DNA of 64,000 nt from an uncultured Clostridium sp. (GCA_948471035.1 CAOKRC010000003.1:13246-77245), one strand, 5' to 3'. Counted from the first letter of the stretch, positions 9,956-21,749 are shown. Notes: generated by a model not told the origin, from the sequence alone. Numbers and translations: made by a program.

Positions 9956-11302
9956 TTAGATAACATTATTATCTGTAATTGTTGCTTCTGTTTCTGAAAC
10001 AGTATCAACTTTTTCATAGTAGAATTTCCACACTCTACCTTTGATACCACCATTAGGGTCAGGTCTTTTACATCTAATATTGTCATACCTCATCAATAAT
10101 GGTATTAAATGTTGTGAAATTTCTCTACTTATTGACTGTGGAGAATATGCTTCTCCATCTACTTCTAAATCCTTAATCATTCTGTCTTTGAAATCTGCCA
10201 TCTTAATTTCTATGCCATCAGGTTTTTCCTCTAGCATTTTATTTATTGTAATAACAATAGGATTTTCCATATATGTATCTTCTTCCACCTCATCAGAAAC
10301 AACTTCCCATTTACAATTTTCTTTATTAAATTCAATAATTTTATTAGTGCTTTCTACATCTCTACTTTCTGTTGCAAACAGAACCTTTGATTCATCATCT
10401 TGTTTCGACATTACAATATTAGTATTCATAGCTCCTCTAATACCATTAGAACCGAGCATATTATTAAACTTATCTTTAGTTGGTGTCTTTTTAAGATGAT
10501 TTACTACTAAAATGCACACATTATTTTTATCTGCAAAACCTTTTAAAATACCCATCTCTCTATAATCTTTTTTATATTGACTACCACCACCACGTTTATC
10601 ACTTCTAATAAACTCTAATGGGTCTATAATAATAAGTTTAATTTTAGGATATTGATTTAAAATATCTTGTAAAAACTCTAATAGTCCATCATCTAAAGTT
10701 TTTATATCTGTGCAAAAATGCACTCCATTTGGCATTGGATCTCCTTGTAACATTATTTTTAATCTATGTTGTATCTGAGTTGCCTTACTCTCAAAGGAGA
10801 GATATAACACATCACATTTATTAGTTTCAAATCCTATAATTTCTGTACCAGTTGCAGCTGCTAAACTTAATGATAAACAGAACCAAGTTTTTCCCACTTT
10901 TGGCATACCTGCTATCGTTGAAAGACCTGAATATAAAAGATTTTCTACTATAATCGTGGGTTCAGGAAATTCCATCTCCATTAAAGAAATACCATCTATT
11001 AAACCTAATGGGGGAGAGGAATAGTCAGGTATATTGGGTGGAGCAGAAGATGGTATAGCAGGAGATGTTGGAACAGAAGAAAACTCTACTTGTTCTACTG
11101 TTTCTTGTGGAGATGTTACATCTGCTGTTTCCAGTTGCCCCACATCTTCTTGTTCTGTTACCATCACTTCATCTTGTATTACATCTGCTGTTTCTACTGT
11201 ATTTATAGTTTCTGTTTGTTTCATAATTTCTACTGGTTTTGTAGCTTCCTCTTGTTTTGTACTATTACTTTGAGATTCATATATATCAAATAAATCTGCC
11301 AT
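9956..11302 (-). CDS. RecA-family (AAA_25/RepA-like) replicative helicase
   Basis: AGMPKVGKTW Walker A, VLYLSFE, LIIIDP, VNHLKK, LGSNGI; low-complexity N-terminus. Confidence 0.8.
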   Translation of the reverse strand: MADLFDIYESQSNSTKQEEATKPVEIMKQTETINTVETADVIQDEVMVTEQEDVGQLETADVTSPQETVEQVEFSSVPTSPAIPSSAPPNIPDYSSPPLGLIDGISLMEMEFPEPTIIVENLLYSGLSTIAGMPKVGKTWFCLSLSLAAATGTEIIGFETNKCDVLYLSFESKATQIQHRLKIMLQGDPMPNGVHFCTDIKTLDDGLLEFLQDILNQYPKIKLIIIDPLEFIRSDKRGGGSQYKKDYREMGILKGFADKNNVCILVVNHLKKTPTKDKFNNMLGSNGIRGAMNTNIVMSKQDDESKVLFATESRDVESTNKIIEFNKENCKWEVVSDEVEEDTYMENPIVITINKMLEEKPDGIEIKMADFKDRMIKDLEVDGEAYSPQSISREISQHLIPLLMRYDNIRCKRPDPNGGIKGRVWKFYYEKVDTVSETEATITDNNVI

Positions 11303-11365
11303 AATTTCCTCCTAAAATATTTATTTCTATGCCTTGTCCTTGTACTAGACAAGGCATGGTTTTAA

Positions 11366-11818
11366 TTAAAATAATTTATTCTTTTTATCCTGTTCTCTAA
11401 ATTCATTACAACAGTCTTGCAATATTCTCTCTGTTTCTTTTGATATAACTATATTTTTATCTAACATAATCTTATTATCATCAACAAATGGTATAAGACT
11501 GAAATCAATATAGGGTGGGTTTGGAAGTCCTGCTATATATTTTTTTCCATCATTAGCTATGAAAGGATAAAAGTGCATACATTTTAGTTCTTTCATTTTA
11601 TCTTTAATAACTTTACCAGGAACATCAGAATTTCTGTCATAGAATTCTTGTAATGTTACCATCTGATTTTGACCATTAAGATTTAATACATTTTCATATT
11701 CTTTTAGCTGTGCTTCACTTATAATGTCCTCTTGAAATACTGCATTTGCGTATGCAATTCTCTTTTCTACTCCTGCTTCTATTTCATTTTTTAATTTTGA
11801 TATTTCTTTATTTGTCAT
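11366..11818 (-). CDS. Hypothetical protein
   Basis: 150-aa ORF, AAGGAGG RBS. Confidence 0.6.
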   Translation of the reverse strand: MTNKEISKLKNEIEAGVEKRIAYANAVFQEDIISEAQLKEYENVLNLNGQNQMVTLQEFYDRNSDVPGKVIKDKMKELKCMHFYPFIANDGKKYIAGLPNPPYIDFSLIPFVDDNKIMLDKNIVISKETERILQDCCNEFREQDKKNKLF

Positions 11819-11883
11819 TTTTAATTCCTCCTTAAATTCTTATATTTATACTGTTGCTAGTTTTAAAGCTAGTCAAGTATTTT

Positions 11884-12963
11884 TTAACTATCATTTGAAA
11901 TTCCATTTATGAATAATGTAAAGTTATCCATCTTTTCAATAGTAATTTCTTTGCCATCTATAACTGGAGAAAAACAAAGTGGATTTATTCTTAAACCTCT
12001 AATAATAGCAATGTATTTCTTAAAAGTTTTATTAGAATATTTAGATTCTACTTCTGAAATTCCAAACTGATTTATTTCAGTTATAAATGAGCAAGTCCTT
12101 CTTTTATCTAATTTAGATAGTTTTAACTTTGTATCATCTGTAATTTTATCTAGTGCAACATCTAATCTGTAAAAATGTTCTGTATAAAAGACTGGCTCAA
12201 TATAGTTTGTAAAATACTCTTGAGCAACTTCTTCTTTGAAGTAATTTGCCAAAGTTTTATCTCTAACATCTTTCTTATAATTTAGATGATGGTCTTTAAC
12301 TTTTACCTCAGTACGAAGAATGCCTTTGTATCTTTCTGCACCTGCTATATCTCCATTTTCTAATCTTTCATATTCTTTGAAGTAACAAGTAATTGAAACA
12401 TGATTATTTTTTTCACTACTATAAGTACAGTTTGTCCTGTTAGAGTATATCCATCTACCTTTGTCAGCTCCGTTTGCTGTATCTGATGCAATTCTAAAAA
12501 TATCCTGTGTTGCTAGTTGCTCATCATATACCTTTAATTTGTAGTCATTCTTGTACTCAATTCTGTTGATTTCTACTAAATCTTGATGTATTTTATTTCC
12601 TCCAATTTTTTTAGTTATATATTTTCCTGACTTACATCTTACTCTAATTTTAGATGTAGGAGTTTTTACTACTTTATATTTAACAATGTCAGCTGTGCTG
12701 ATATGGAAGAAGTCTATTACAACTTGGATAACTTTATCCTGTAATTCTTCTGCTGTTTCAACTCCTACCATAAATTCATGCGATAGTTTCACTATTAAAT
12801 AGTAACCTCTACATCTGTATTTAAAAGCAACTGGAAGATATGCTGGACTTAATTTATATACTCCTGCTTCTGTTGAAGATGGATGTAATTTACTCTTGAT
12901 GAGGTCTTTTGCACTTGGTCTTAGTGCTAGTTGAACATCTACTGTATCGATATGTTTTGACAT
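11884..12963 (-). CDS. Putative rolling-circle replication initiator (phage gII/X or Rep_trans-like)
   Basis: INRIEYKND...CYFKEYERL...KGILRTEVKV resembles the R.D / YDK..E / GILRxE motifs of this family; replication-module context. Confidence 0.55.
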   Translation of the reverse strand: MSKHIDTVDVQLALRPSAKDLIKSKLHPSSTEAGVYKLSPAYLPVAFKYRCRGYYLIVKLSHEFMVGVETAEELQDKVIQVVIDFFHISTADIVKYKVVKTPTSKIRVRCKSGKYITKKIGGNKIHQDLVEINRIEYKNDYKLKVYDEQLATQDIFRIASDTANGADKGRWIYSNRTNCTYSSEKNNHVSITCYFKEYERLENGDIAGAERYKGILRTEVKVKDHHLNYKKDVRDKTLANYFKEEVAQEYFTNYIEPVFYTEHFYRLDVALDKITDDTKLKLSKLDKRRTCSFITEINQFGISEVESKYSNKTFKKYIAIIRGLRINPLCFSPVIDGKEITIEKMDNFTLFINGISNDS

Positions 12964-13046
12964 GATTTTTTACCTCCTGTTCGTACATAACCAGAGGAAA
13001 TCTCTCCTCTAGCTTTAGGAGTAAACAAGAATAAATCTTGTCCTTC

Positions 13047-13388
13047 CTATTCTTCATATCTTTTAAGTATGCTAGATATTACTTCTTTTTCATTATCGGA
13101 ATCTACAACATCAATAATTACAACTTTATTTAGTTGTCCTTTATAATAAACAATGTCTACTACAAAGATGGCTTTTTGGTACATTTCCAAGTTATTCAAC
13201 TTGTCTATTAAATCTATATTTTCAGAATATGCAATTATAGTCTGTTGATTTATGATTCCGTTGCTATCAACTTCATCAATTTTCACTTTATATTGCTCTT
13301 TAACCTCTATAATCTTCTTGTTACTTTCAAATGTATATCCTTCAATATGCTCTTTACTTTTGAAAATGGCTTGTATCATTCCTACCAT
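13047..13388 (-). CDS. Hypothetical protein, possibly OB-fold ssDNA-binding
   Basis: 113 aa, beta-rich pattern, upstream of the Rep-like gene. Confidence 0.45.
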   Translation of the reverse strand: MVGMIQAIFKSKEHIEGYTFESNKKIIEVKEQYKVKIDEVDSNGIINQQTIIAYSENIDLIDKLNNLEMYQKAIFVVDIVYYKGQLNKVVIIDVVDSDNEKEVISSILKRYEE

Positions 13389-13645
13389 CTTTAATCCTCC
13401 TTTCCTCTAAAATTTAATTTCAATATCCATAGGCAAGTTTCTCCTTTCTTAAAATTTGAAAAGAATTTTGATTATTTATCTTCTCACTACTAATAACATT
13501 TTCAAATATTGAATAGGACTTATGTATAATTTTTCCATATATATCAAAGTATATATTTTTTTATAAACAAATATTATTGAATTTATGTCCTTTACTACTG
13601 GACATTGTATAAAAAATGTGATATATTTTTTAAATGGAGGTCAAA

Positions 13646-14440
13646 ATGGAATATAATATTTATCCAAAAAGTGATACAGAAGAAATTGAAAATAAAATAG
13701 TAGAAAATTTCAAAAAAATTAGAAAAAAGAAATGTAGTAGCTTTTGTACTCCAAAAGAAGCAAACCCTTACACTCAATTACATTTATCAAAGTACTTACA
13801 TGAAAAAACAAGATTTATTAAAAAGTTAGAAGAAGGAATTATAAAATTGGATTTACGTATTTTTATAAATCTTTGTAATAGGTTGAAAATAAGTTCTTGT
13901 GAAATACTATCAGAATTTATAATAGAAGATATGAAAATAAGTTCTAATAATTCTAAAAAAAGAATAGATGAATTGCCAAATACTTTATCAAATGACATAC
14001 CACAAATAGAACATAAAAAGTATAGTAAAGAAATGCTAGGACAAGAAATAAATAAACATAGAGAAATTAAAAACCTTTCTCAAAAAACTCTATCAGAAAA
14101 ATTGGGTTTTTCACGTACATATATAAATAATATAGAAAAAGGAAACAACAATGTTTCTATGTCTGCATTTATTGATATTTGTAATGGACTAGAATGTACT
14201 CCAAATGATTTATTATATCCATTTATAAATAGTAGAAATTCTAATAATGACGATACTACTCCAAAATTAGAACAAAATATTGTTGATACTTCTAAAGAAA
14301 CTAATATATCAGAAGTAAAAGAATATAGAATGTCTCCAGAGGAATTAGAAGAATTTAATCGAAAATATCCAAAGCAAAATATTCAAAAACCTTCAAAAAA
14401 AGAAGATGACTCTTATATAGAAAAATATAATCTTTACTAA
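13646..14440 (+). CDS. XRE-family regulator with two HTH domains
   Basis: YTQLHLSKYLH...IKKLEEG and LSQKTLSEKLGFSRTYINNIEKG; divergent from the replication operon. Confidence 0.75.
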   Translation: MEYNIYPKSDTEEIENKIVENFKKIRKKKCSSFCTPKEANPYTQLHLSKYLHEKTRFIKKLEEGIIKLDLRIFINLCNRLKISSCEILSEFIIEDMKISSNNSKKRIDELPNTLSNDIPQIEHKKYSKEMLGQEINKHREIKNLSQKTLSEKLGFSRTYINNIEKGNNNVSMSAFIDICNGLECTPNDLLYPFINSRNSNNDDTTPKLEQNIVDTSKETNISEVKEYRMSPEELEEFNRKYPKQNIQKPSKKEDDSYIEKYNLY

Positions 14441-14495
14441 AATAAAAGAACATAGTAATAAGTTTGTATCCTATGTTCTTTATATTCTAAATTTA

Positions 14496-15057
14496 CTATA
14501 AACAAAAACCTGCATAACTCTCATCTATCTCATCTTGTTCAATTCCAATGTATCTTAAAGTTATAGAAGGGCTACTATGATTAAATAACTTTTGTAACAT
14601 TGCAATATCGTGATACTGTTGATAATGCCAATATCCGAAATGTTTTCCTCATAGTATGCGTGCCTATTTCTGTTAGCCCAATGTTTGTTCCTGCTTCTAC
14701 AATAATTCTGTATGCTTGTGTTGTAGTAATTGGTTTATTATCTCCCTTTTGGCTCTTAAATAAATATTCTCCTTCTTTCATATTCCTTGTATATTTCTCT
14801 AATTCTATTAAAAGTCCATTCATAATTGGGAACTTCTTTCGTTTCTTTGTTTTCTGTTCTATTATCTCAATATGTGTTTTCATGCTCCCATCTTTATTTC
14901 TTACATCATCACGATTTAATTTAACAAGGTCAGATATTCTAAGTCCTGTATTAATACCTGTATAGAACATCATAAAATTTCTTGTGCCACTTTTCTTTAA
15001 TTCTTCCTTCATTTCTTCTAACTTGTTTTTATCTCTAATTGGTTGAACAAAATTCAT
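14496..15057 (-). CDS. Second, small tyrosine recombinase (~186 aa) with +1 shift at CGG 14637
   Basis: GINTGLRISD, EQKTKK, HTMRKTF[C]G-YWHYQQYHDIAMLQKLFNHSSPSITLRYIG; 562 nt = 187 codons + 1. Confidence 0.9.
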
Positions 15058-15370
15058 TTTTAAATCACCTCCAAATCCTTCTATTTCCTGTGTTAGCTGG
15101 ATATTATAGTACATTAATTGTAAGGTGTCAATACGATATAGTACATTTGTTCACTTGTAAATATATTGCTTTTTGATGAATGTATTGGCACGAGTGGAAT
15201 TAATCAATTTTAGAAAATGTAATAAAATAACTATTGTATTACATTTTAGATAAAAATAGAGAATAGGGGAGATGAAGAAATATAGGTTATATATTTCCTA
15301 TTTACAAATTTTATTTTTATATTGGAAATATATAACCGAGTCTGCCAAAAATAAAAACAGTAGATTTTAA

Positions 15371-15547
15371 CTACTGCTTTTGTTCTATTACATCTGAATA
15401 ATAATCTTCTAAATATAACTTTATCTTATCTACCAAGTCATCTATATTAGTATAATCATATTTTGCACCTGAACTATTTTCTTCTGAAATAAATACATTC
15501 TTATCTTTTAAATCAATATCTACTGTTATTATTAGGTTTTCTTCCAT
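15371..15547 (-). CDS. Small hypothetical protein (58 aa)
   Basis: Manual translation MEENLIITVDIDLKDKNVFISEENSSGAKY...; GGAAGG RBS. Confidence 0.55.
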   Translation of the reverse strand: MEENLIITVDIDLKDKNVFISEENSSGAKYDYTNIDDLVDKIKLYLEDYYSDVIEQKQ

Positions 15548-15576
15548 TATATTACCTTCCTTCTTAACTATATTAT

Positions 15577-17158
15577 TTATGCTGTAAATCCTATTGTAGG
15601 TTTAGATGGTTTAGTTTTAATCTTTTCTACTACTGCTGTTACATCATCTGCTACTATTAAATCTAAATCTACATCTTTTGACTTCTCCTTGATAATTCTA
15701 TTTGCCTGTTCCATCTTAATTTTTTCTGTTAGGTTTCTAACTAACCTTGCATTTGAAAAATTATCATTATTATTGATTATTTCGTTATTAAAATAATCTA
15801 ATACTATTTGTTTACAATTCCTATTTAGTTTAAGTCCTTCATCTTTCAACATATTATTAAATATTTGATATAACTCTGTATCTACATAATCAGGGAAGTC
15901 AATTTGAAATGCAATTCTACTTTCAAATCCTGCATTACTTTTCAACAATTCTTCCATCTCTTGAGGATAACCTGCTAGAATAACACACAAATTATCTCGG
16001 TGATCTTCCATAGCTTTTATTAAAGTTGCAATAACTTCATTTCCATAATCTTTGTCAGAATTAGGCGATAGGGAATAGGCTTCATCTATGAATAAAACTC
16101 CACCTAATGCTTGTTGTATTACTTTTTGAGTTTTCATTGCTGTTTGTCCTACATATCCTGCAACTAAATCATTTCTTCCTACTTCAATAAAGTTTCCTTT
16201 TAAAATTTCATAGTCCGATAGTATCTCTCCTATAATTCTTGCAACTTCTGTTTTACCTGTGCCGAGGGTTACCTTTAAACATCATATTTAAAGTAGGTAG
16301 TGTTCCTCTAGCATTATGTACTTGTATATAATTGATTATCTGCTTAACCTGTTCCTTTACTTCATCAAGACCTACCATTGCATTTAATTTATTCAAACCT
16401 TCTTTAGGTGGTCTAGGTTTTATATTTAATTCTTCTCTTGTTATGTATTGTAATTTCTTTTGATTTCCTATAATAAAAGCATTCATTAAAAATCTATCTA
16501 ATGTTTCCATATCTAAACTTGCTAATGCTGAACATTCTTTATTGTTTAACTTCATATTAAATCCATTTTCTTTTATAGTATTTTTTATATATGTTATCTT
16601 TTCTTCTGCTGTTGGCTCTGATAATGTTATAAACCAGTAAAAATTGTTGGTAGTATTATTTATTTCTTTTAAATTGGAATCATTACATATAATGATAAAT
16701 ATTGATGAACTATTATCATACAATAGTTTATCTAGCTTATATGATTTCAAACTTTCATCATCTATTACATATAATTCTTTTTTATTAATATTGTTATTTT
16801 TACTAATATGAACATCTGTTAAAACTTCATATTGTGGTAGCTCTATAATTCCTGTTTTATATAATAATTTTGTTAATACGTTTACTATTCCTTTATAATC
16901 TCTGTTAGAGCTACAATTTATTAATATATTGGCAGTTCCTACTGTTATTTTATCTTGTTTTCTTAATCTAATATAATCTACATACATTTTAATTGCTTCT
17001 TTTTCTTCTTTAGATATTCCATATATATTATTCATCTCTGTAAGGAGCTGTCTTACTGATTTAGATTTAAGTTCAAATTCACTTGCAACAATATTTTTAT
17101 TTAATGATTTATTTTCTTCTCTAGTTCTTGAATTTACTATACTTTCCACATATACCAC
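15577..17158 (-). CDS. SpoVK/CbbX-like AAA+ ATPase (~526 aa) with +1 shift at CGG 16264
   Basis: MVGLDEVK...FKGNP[C]G-TGKTEVAR (Walker A)...DLVAGYVGQTA...VLFIDEAYSL; joins two ORFs of the track. Confidence 0.9.
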
Positions 17159-17348
17159 CTCTTTCGTAGCTTAATAGCTTAACATATTCTATTATTAATT
17201 GCAAAGCTATAAAAATAAACCCTGATTATTTAAAAATCAAGGTTTATGTGTATTTTACTATAAAATATTGTTGCGAGGTTTAGTTCTAAGACATTTTTAT
17301 TTGATACTTGGTGCTATTTTATATCCTATTTTTCTTTGTTGTCAAATA

Positions 17349-18737
17349 CTATCCTGACCCAACATCTCCACCTTCACGAATAAGAATATATGGTCTGCTA
17401 TAATAATCATCAACATATTTATATTTAATTTCTTTAGTTATCTTTTTTCCATCAATAGTTATACTTAGTTTTAAATTATTATCTAATTTATTTTTATAAG
17501 TCAAATTACATATTTCTCCATTTTCAGGCAAATTTCCATTATATACATTATTTTCATTTATACTTATGGAAACTGATAATTGCTTATTTGTATTTTCTAA
17601 ATCTGCTAATTTTAACAAATATTCTTTATCTATGAATATATCAAGATATATATTATCTGCAACAGTTATTGTTACTATTGTTCCTTTCTCTACTACTGTT
17701 CCTTCATAATCTACATCAATTACAGCATTATTTTGATAGCTCCAGTTTTCCTTTTTTACTATTTTATATTGAATTCCACGTTTATCTAATTCTTTTGTAT
17801 AGTTTTCTAATTGTTCTCCGTAAGAATGCATTGGAATAGTCACCATATTATTATCTTTACTTGATGTACTATTATTAGATGAATTTAAGGAGCTATTTGT
17901 GTTACTATTATTTGAATTTTCCACATGTTTATTATTTTCAGAGTTAGAATTTTGTTCAAAATCTATTTCATTGTTAGAATCTTGTTCAATATTTGTTTCA
18001 TTATTATTTATATTAATTTTTTCATTGTACTCATCTGTAACAGGACTTATAGTTAGTTGTCGTGCTACCGTAGTGTCTATTTTTGTTATTAATAAATTTT
18101 CAAAATATTTAATCTGATTAAAAGATAAATTATCAAACGTATTAGTAATTTTATTAGCATAATCTTCTTCAAATAATTTATTTATTAAAGTATAAAACAC
18201 TTCTTTTCCTGTGCCTTCTGAAAATGTAATTTGCGAATTAGAATATCCATAGCTTAGTATTGTTACATATCCATTATGAGTCTGAACTGTTATTATATTT
18301 GAATTTTTCTCATTTTCAAAAGCATAACTACTATAAACTGTATTATATCGATTTTCTGCTGTTTGCTTAAATGGAGTATATCTATTTGTATTACATTCAT
18401 CACAAGCTAACATTAGTCTTTCTTCTACATCTTTTAAAGTAAAATTATAAGTCATTCCTGTATCTATCGTATCATCTATACGAGCTATTTCCTTAAAGGG
18501 CTCTATATTACTATCCTGTGTATCTAAACTATTTATCTCTTCCTTACTAGATTTACTATTGTTAATGATTAACATAGTTACTATAACTATTACTACAACT
18601 ACTATGTCTATTACTATATATAAATATTTCTTATTTTTAAAATTGTGTTTATTTCCTACTTTATTTCCACAATTAGTACAAAAAGTATCATCTTCTTTTA
18701 ATTCTTTTCCACATTTTTCACAAAACATAACATACAC
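17349..18737 (-). CDS. Zinc-ribbon + TM + extracellular protein with PASTA-like domain
   Basis: FCEKCG...FCTNCG, TM helix, Asn/Ser-rich linker, VVEKGTIVTITV. Confidence 0.7.
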   Translation of the reverse strand: MYVMFCEKCGKELKEDDTFCTNCGNKVGNKHNFKNKKYLYIVIDIVVVVIVIVTMLIINNSKSSKEEINSLDTQDSNIEPFKEIARIDDTIDTGMTYNFTLKDVEERLMLACDECNTNRYTPFKQTAENRYNTVYSSYAFENEKNSNIITVQTHNGYVTILSYGYSNSQITFSEGTGKEVFYTLINKLFEEDYANKITNTFDNLSFNQIKYFENLLITKIDTTVARQLTISPVTDEYNEKININNNETNIEQDSNNEIDFEQNSNSENNKHVENSNNSNTNSSLNSSNNSTSSKDNNMVTIPMHSYGEQLENYTKELDKRGIQYKIVKKENWSYQNNAVIDVDYEGTVVEKGTIVTITVADNIYLDIFIDKEYLLKLADLENTNKQLSVSISINENNVYNGNLPENGEICNLTYKNKLDNNLKLSITIDGKKITKEIKYKYVDDYYSRPYILIREGGDVGSG

Positions 18738-18748
18738 TCTCCATTAAA

Positions 18749-20168
18749 TTAATAATTACCTAAGCCCCATAATTGTTTAAACATAGCTTGCAATAATACA
18801 TTAGGCTCTCCACCAAATGATGACCATTGTACCATTTCACTTTTTTTATCTATTCTAGTAAAATTATTATCTACTGATACAAGTTGATAATATGTTATAT
18901 TAGGTGTGGAAGATGTATAAAATATACTATATACTATATACATTCTGTCCTGTTGAAGATACTCCAAATAATGTATGAGACCTATATGTTAATGTATCTC
19001 CATTATATGAAGAATGAGCAATACCATAAGCTTTTATAATTATATTTACTTTCTCTTTTTCCTCTGCTGTTAACACTTTTTTCTCTTTTTCTATTAATAC
19101 TGTTTCATCATTTTCTATTGGATTATTAAATTCCTCGTTAGTAACCTGTATTCCACTATCTTCAAATGCAAGTGTTATTCCATCTACCTCTGCTATTGTA
19201 AGTGTTTTATTTTCATTTGATATTGTTGCACCATCTTTAAATAATTCTGCCCACGAATCTATTATATTTCCTGTTTCATCAAGTTTGCCTTTGTTATATC
19301 CTGCTTTTGCATTAGAAAAATCAAATATAATATGATTTTCAGTCTGATTATATGTTCCTCTTATATATGTTTCATATTCATCTCCACCTATATTCATATT
19401 ACAAACAAATTTAAATTCATCATTATTAAATACTAAATATAATTCAGTTATACCTGCTTGTTTATAGAAATCTTCAATACCAGTTGCTACATATTTTGTA
19501 TTTTGATTTATTTGATTCTTATTTGCTTCTATATTATTTTGTTCATTACTTTTAAATGTAATTGTTTTTCCTGTATTATCTATTGCAATAAGTGTTTTAC
19601 CTTCATCTGATATATTTACACCATTATTTAATATGTTTGCCCAAGTATTTACTATTGATTTATATTCTGCTGTTACTTCTTCTTCATTTTCATTAAAGCC
19701 AATTTTAGCATTAGAAAAATCAAATATAATATGATTTTCATTTTGACTATAAGTTCCTTTTATAAACATATCATATACATCTCCACCAAAATTAGCGTCA
19801 AAATGTAATTTAAAAGTAGTATTATTAAATACTAAATATAGATAACTAAAACCCATTTCAATATCTTCATTAACATTATATCCAGTTGATATATATTTTA
19901 TATTTTCTTTTATAATATCACTTTGTTGTATATTATTAGTCATTTGATTAGCATTTGCATTTTTAACATTACTATTTTTTCTATTGCTTATAAACATTAT
20001 TGTTCCAATAATCGCAACTATAACAATAATTCCTAATACAACAAAAATTATTTTTTTGTTAAAATTATTTGAGTTTTTATCTTTTTCAATATGATTTACT
20101 GATTTACCACAATTACTACAAAATCTTTCTCCTTCTTTTATTCCATTACCACATTTACTACAAAACAT
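18749..20168 (-). pseudogene. Zinc-ribbon + TM protein with internal duplicated domain, C-terminus frameshifted by a 7-bp duplication
   Basis: FCSKCG...FCSNCG; ACTATAT x2 at 18926-18939; removing one copy fuses ORF 18927-20168 with 18749-18967. Confidence 0.7.
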
Positions 20169-20179
20169 AATTTTCCTCC

Positions 20180-21211
20180 TTACACATCTTTTGGTCTAGT
20201 ATTCCAGCCATTATTATCTAAAAATGTTTTAATAACTGGATATACTGTACCGTCTTTATATGTACTTACATAGTAGTCATACGTTGAAGTTGCACCATAC
20301 GTTGTTAATTCATACATACAGCTATATGGAGAATATGTAAATTCTCCATTAGATTTCACATACTGTAAAATAACAAAATAATCTGACTTTATGTATCCAC
20401 CAAATCCATTTTGAGCTTCAACCGAAACATAGACTAAACATCTACCATAATTATCTTCATCAACTTTTTCTGACTTTCCCCATATAGCTGTTGCTGGAGA
20501 TTTTAAATTATTACTTATCAATGTTTTGGCACAACTTACTATTGTATCTGTTGTTGCAGGTGATGAACGATAACCTTTGGCTTTAGCTTCCTCTTGTTTC
20601 TTTTTTCTTTCTTCTTCTTCTTGTTTTGCTTTCTCAATTTGTTCTTTTGTCTTAGCTTCTACTCTAACAGTATCACCTTTTTTTAGTATTTTTCCTTCTT
20701 CATCTTTCTGTGTTGTTATTATTGCATCTGGACTACCACTATATAATGTTGTTAAATTTGTATTTTCAGCAAAGATTCTCAAATCAAGTGTAGAAAGGTC
20801 TTGCTCTGCCTCTGATATAGTTTTACCTATAACATTAGGCACTTGTACTTCTTTGCTTTTTTCTATTTTTTTATCTATTTCTTGTTTTACCATAACACCA
20901 CCAGTTACGAGAATTGGAATCAATACAAGAATAATAACTTCTATTACACAAATTTTTATAAATAATTTATTTTTTGACTTTTTAAATTCCTTTTCTGTTA
21001 TTACTCCTCTTTCTTTTAAGTCCTGTAATTCTTGCAACTTATTTTGACCTGTTATTTTACCAAGTATGTTTTTTGGTTGTCTTTGTTTATTTTTATTTAT
21101 ACTACTCGCTTTATTTTCATTTACAACTTCTTCATTAGTAATCCTATAGCCACAATTACTACAAAACTTTTCTCCTTCTTTTATTTCATTACCACATTTT
21201 TTACAAATCAT
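20180..21211 (-). CDS. Zinc-ribbon + SHOCT + TM + PASTA protein
   Basis: ICKKCG...FCSNCG; LQELQDLKERGVITEKEF (SHOCT); VPNVIGKTISEAE (PASTA); LKSPATA...VEAQNGFGG. Confidence 0.78.
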   Translation of the reverse strand: MICKKCGNEIKEGEKFCSNCGYRITNEEVVNENKASSINKNKQRQPKNILGKITGQNKLQELQDLKERGVITEKEFKKSKNKLFIKICVIEVIILVLIPILVTGGVMVKQEIDKKIEKSKEVQVPNVIGKTISEAEQDLSTLDLRIFAENTNLTTLYSGSPDAIITTQKDEEGKILKKGDTVRVEAKTKEQIEKAKQEEEERKKKQEEAKAKGYRSSPATTDTIVSCAKTLISNNLKSPATAIWGKSEKVDEDNYGRCLVYVSVEAQNGFGGYIKSDYFVILQYVKSNGEFTYSPYSCMYELTTYGATSTYDYYVSTYKDGTVYPVIKTFLDNNGWNTRPKDV

Positions 21212-21266
21212 AATATTTCCTCCCCATATAATTATAATACATTATACTACAAATTTCGACAAAATT

Positions 21267-21605
21267 TTACTTGAAATTTTTGGAATTACATTCATTAAGT
21301 ATCTGCTCTGATTTCAAAATATCAAAACTATTCTTAATTCTAAATATTTCCTTAATTCCTTCTTTTAATCTATCTGCATTTTCTTCTGATAATCTCTCAT
21401 TTACAACTGCTAAATTTATCATTAAACAAATATGATGATATGTTTCTTTTTCTACTATGTCATCTATTATGTAATTAGGTATCTTAAATCTAAAATACTT
21501 TTCTAATGTTTCCTGTATTAACTTTTGCCTTTGTAATTTTATCTCTATTTGTAGCTTTCTCTTTTCTATATCTTCTGTTGCATAATCTTTTATAATGCCT
21601 TCCAT
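21267..21605 (-). CDS. Hypothetical protein
   Basis: ORF with GGAAGGAG RBS before ATG 21605. Confidence 0.55.
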   Translation of the reverse strand: MEGIIKDYATEDIEKRKLQIEIKLQRQKLIQETLEKYFRFKIPNYIIDDIVEKETYHHICLMINLAVVNERLSEENADRLKEGIKEIFRIKNSFDILKSEQILNECNSKNFK

Positions 21606-21749
21606 AATATAAATAACTCCTTCCATTTGCATTATAACATATTCACTCAATATTTTGAATGGATTTGTCAAATTTTCTCTCAATTTGTTGAGTGGTTTTA
21701 AAACTATATTTTGTTAAAATTAAGAAAATATAGTAAAGGTGGGGGATAG

